DNA from: Rebecca billardiae RCC1528
Lineage: Eukaryota; Protista; Haptophyta
Direction: 5' to 3'
NCBI GenBank assembly: GCA_965240325.2
Contig: OZ251228.1
Location: 124,001 to 188,000, forward strand
Length of the DNA: 64,000 nt
This document shows positions 63,680 through 64,000 of this stretch, one piece after another (the first letter of the stretch is position 1; every line of letters begins with the position of its first letter). The translations under genes and the position numbers were made by a program. A model generated the notes under the pieces. The model did no database searches, had not been told where the DNA came from, and was given only the letters and a program-made list of their open reading frames with translations.

Positions 63680-64000
63680 ATGGCCGTCATCGCCGACGAC
63701 GCACGTCCACCCTTCCTCTTCCTGGACGTGGACGGCGTCCTCCTCCCTTTCGGCGAGGGCGCCCAAGAGCGTCCGGAGAGCACTGCGTGCGGACGCTTCC
63801 CAGAGCCCTGCCTAGTCGGCCTCGCGCGGATCATGCGTGCCGCTCAGCCCCACGTGGTGCTCTCGTCCACGTGGCGGTGTAGTGCGTCTGCGCTCAAGCT
63901 GCTCCGCGAAGGTTTTGCGGCGTTCGGCGAGCCGCTGGCGTCCATACCGCTCTCTTCGACCACGAACCCACGCATGCACTCCGAACGCCAATGGGAAATC
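63680..64000 (+). CDS. HAD domain protein of the Swiss-army-knife RNA-repair (HAD_SAK_2)-like type, partial at window end
   Basis: Translated by hand (not in ORF track): MAVIADDARPPFLFLDVDGVLLPF...CLVGLARIMRAAQPHVVLSSTWR. Confidence 0.7.
   Translation, partial: MAVIADDARPPFLFLDVDGVLLPFGEGAQERPESTACGRFPEPCLVGLARIMRAAQPHVVLSSTWRCSASALKLLREGFAAFGEPLASIPLSSTTNPRMHSERQWEI

Overview
Eukaryotic nuclear DNA, very GC-rich, with short GC-rich spliceosomal introns (donor GTGCGC-like, acceptor CGCAG). The style suggests a haptophyte or similar alga, possibly Pavlovales (inference only). About 17 protein-coding genes are present: HAD nucleotidase, F-box-like/kinesin, mitochondrial ATP synthase beta, Cys-less pentameric ligand-gated ion channel, GT47, a Gly-rich protein with two CysRS-anticodon-domain-like repeats, TsaD/OSGEPL1, ArfGAP, a membrane TIR-like protein, a nucleotidyltransferase-HAD-kinase fusion, a GLUT-type sugar transporter, a giant ARM/zinc-ribbon/IQ protein, Gemin6-like, HAD_SAK-like, and several hypotheticals. 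The most notable unannotated structure is a family of five 1.6-2.5 kb non-coding elements between 24.4 and 47.1 kb. They share asymmetric ends: a 5' TGGCCCGCGGTGCA, a subterminal inverted copy of it near the 3' end, and a terminal hairpin ending GGTCA. They sit at A|T junctions without a visible target-site duplication and carry mosaics of gene-like fragments and tandem arrays. A PIF1-type helicase remnant lies beside one copy. This fits non-autonomous rolling-circle (Helitron2/Helentron-like) gene-capturing transposons. Also present: a SINE/LINE-tail-like repeat family, two ~400-bp inverted duplications upstream of genes, and perfect hairpins. All calls are made by eye from motifs; no database searches were run.
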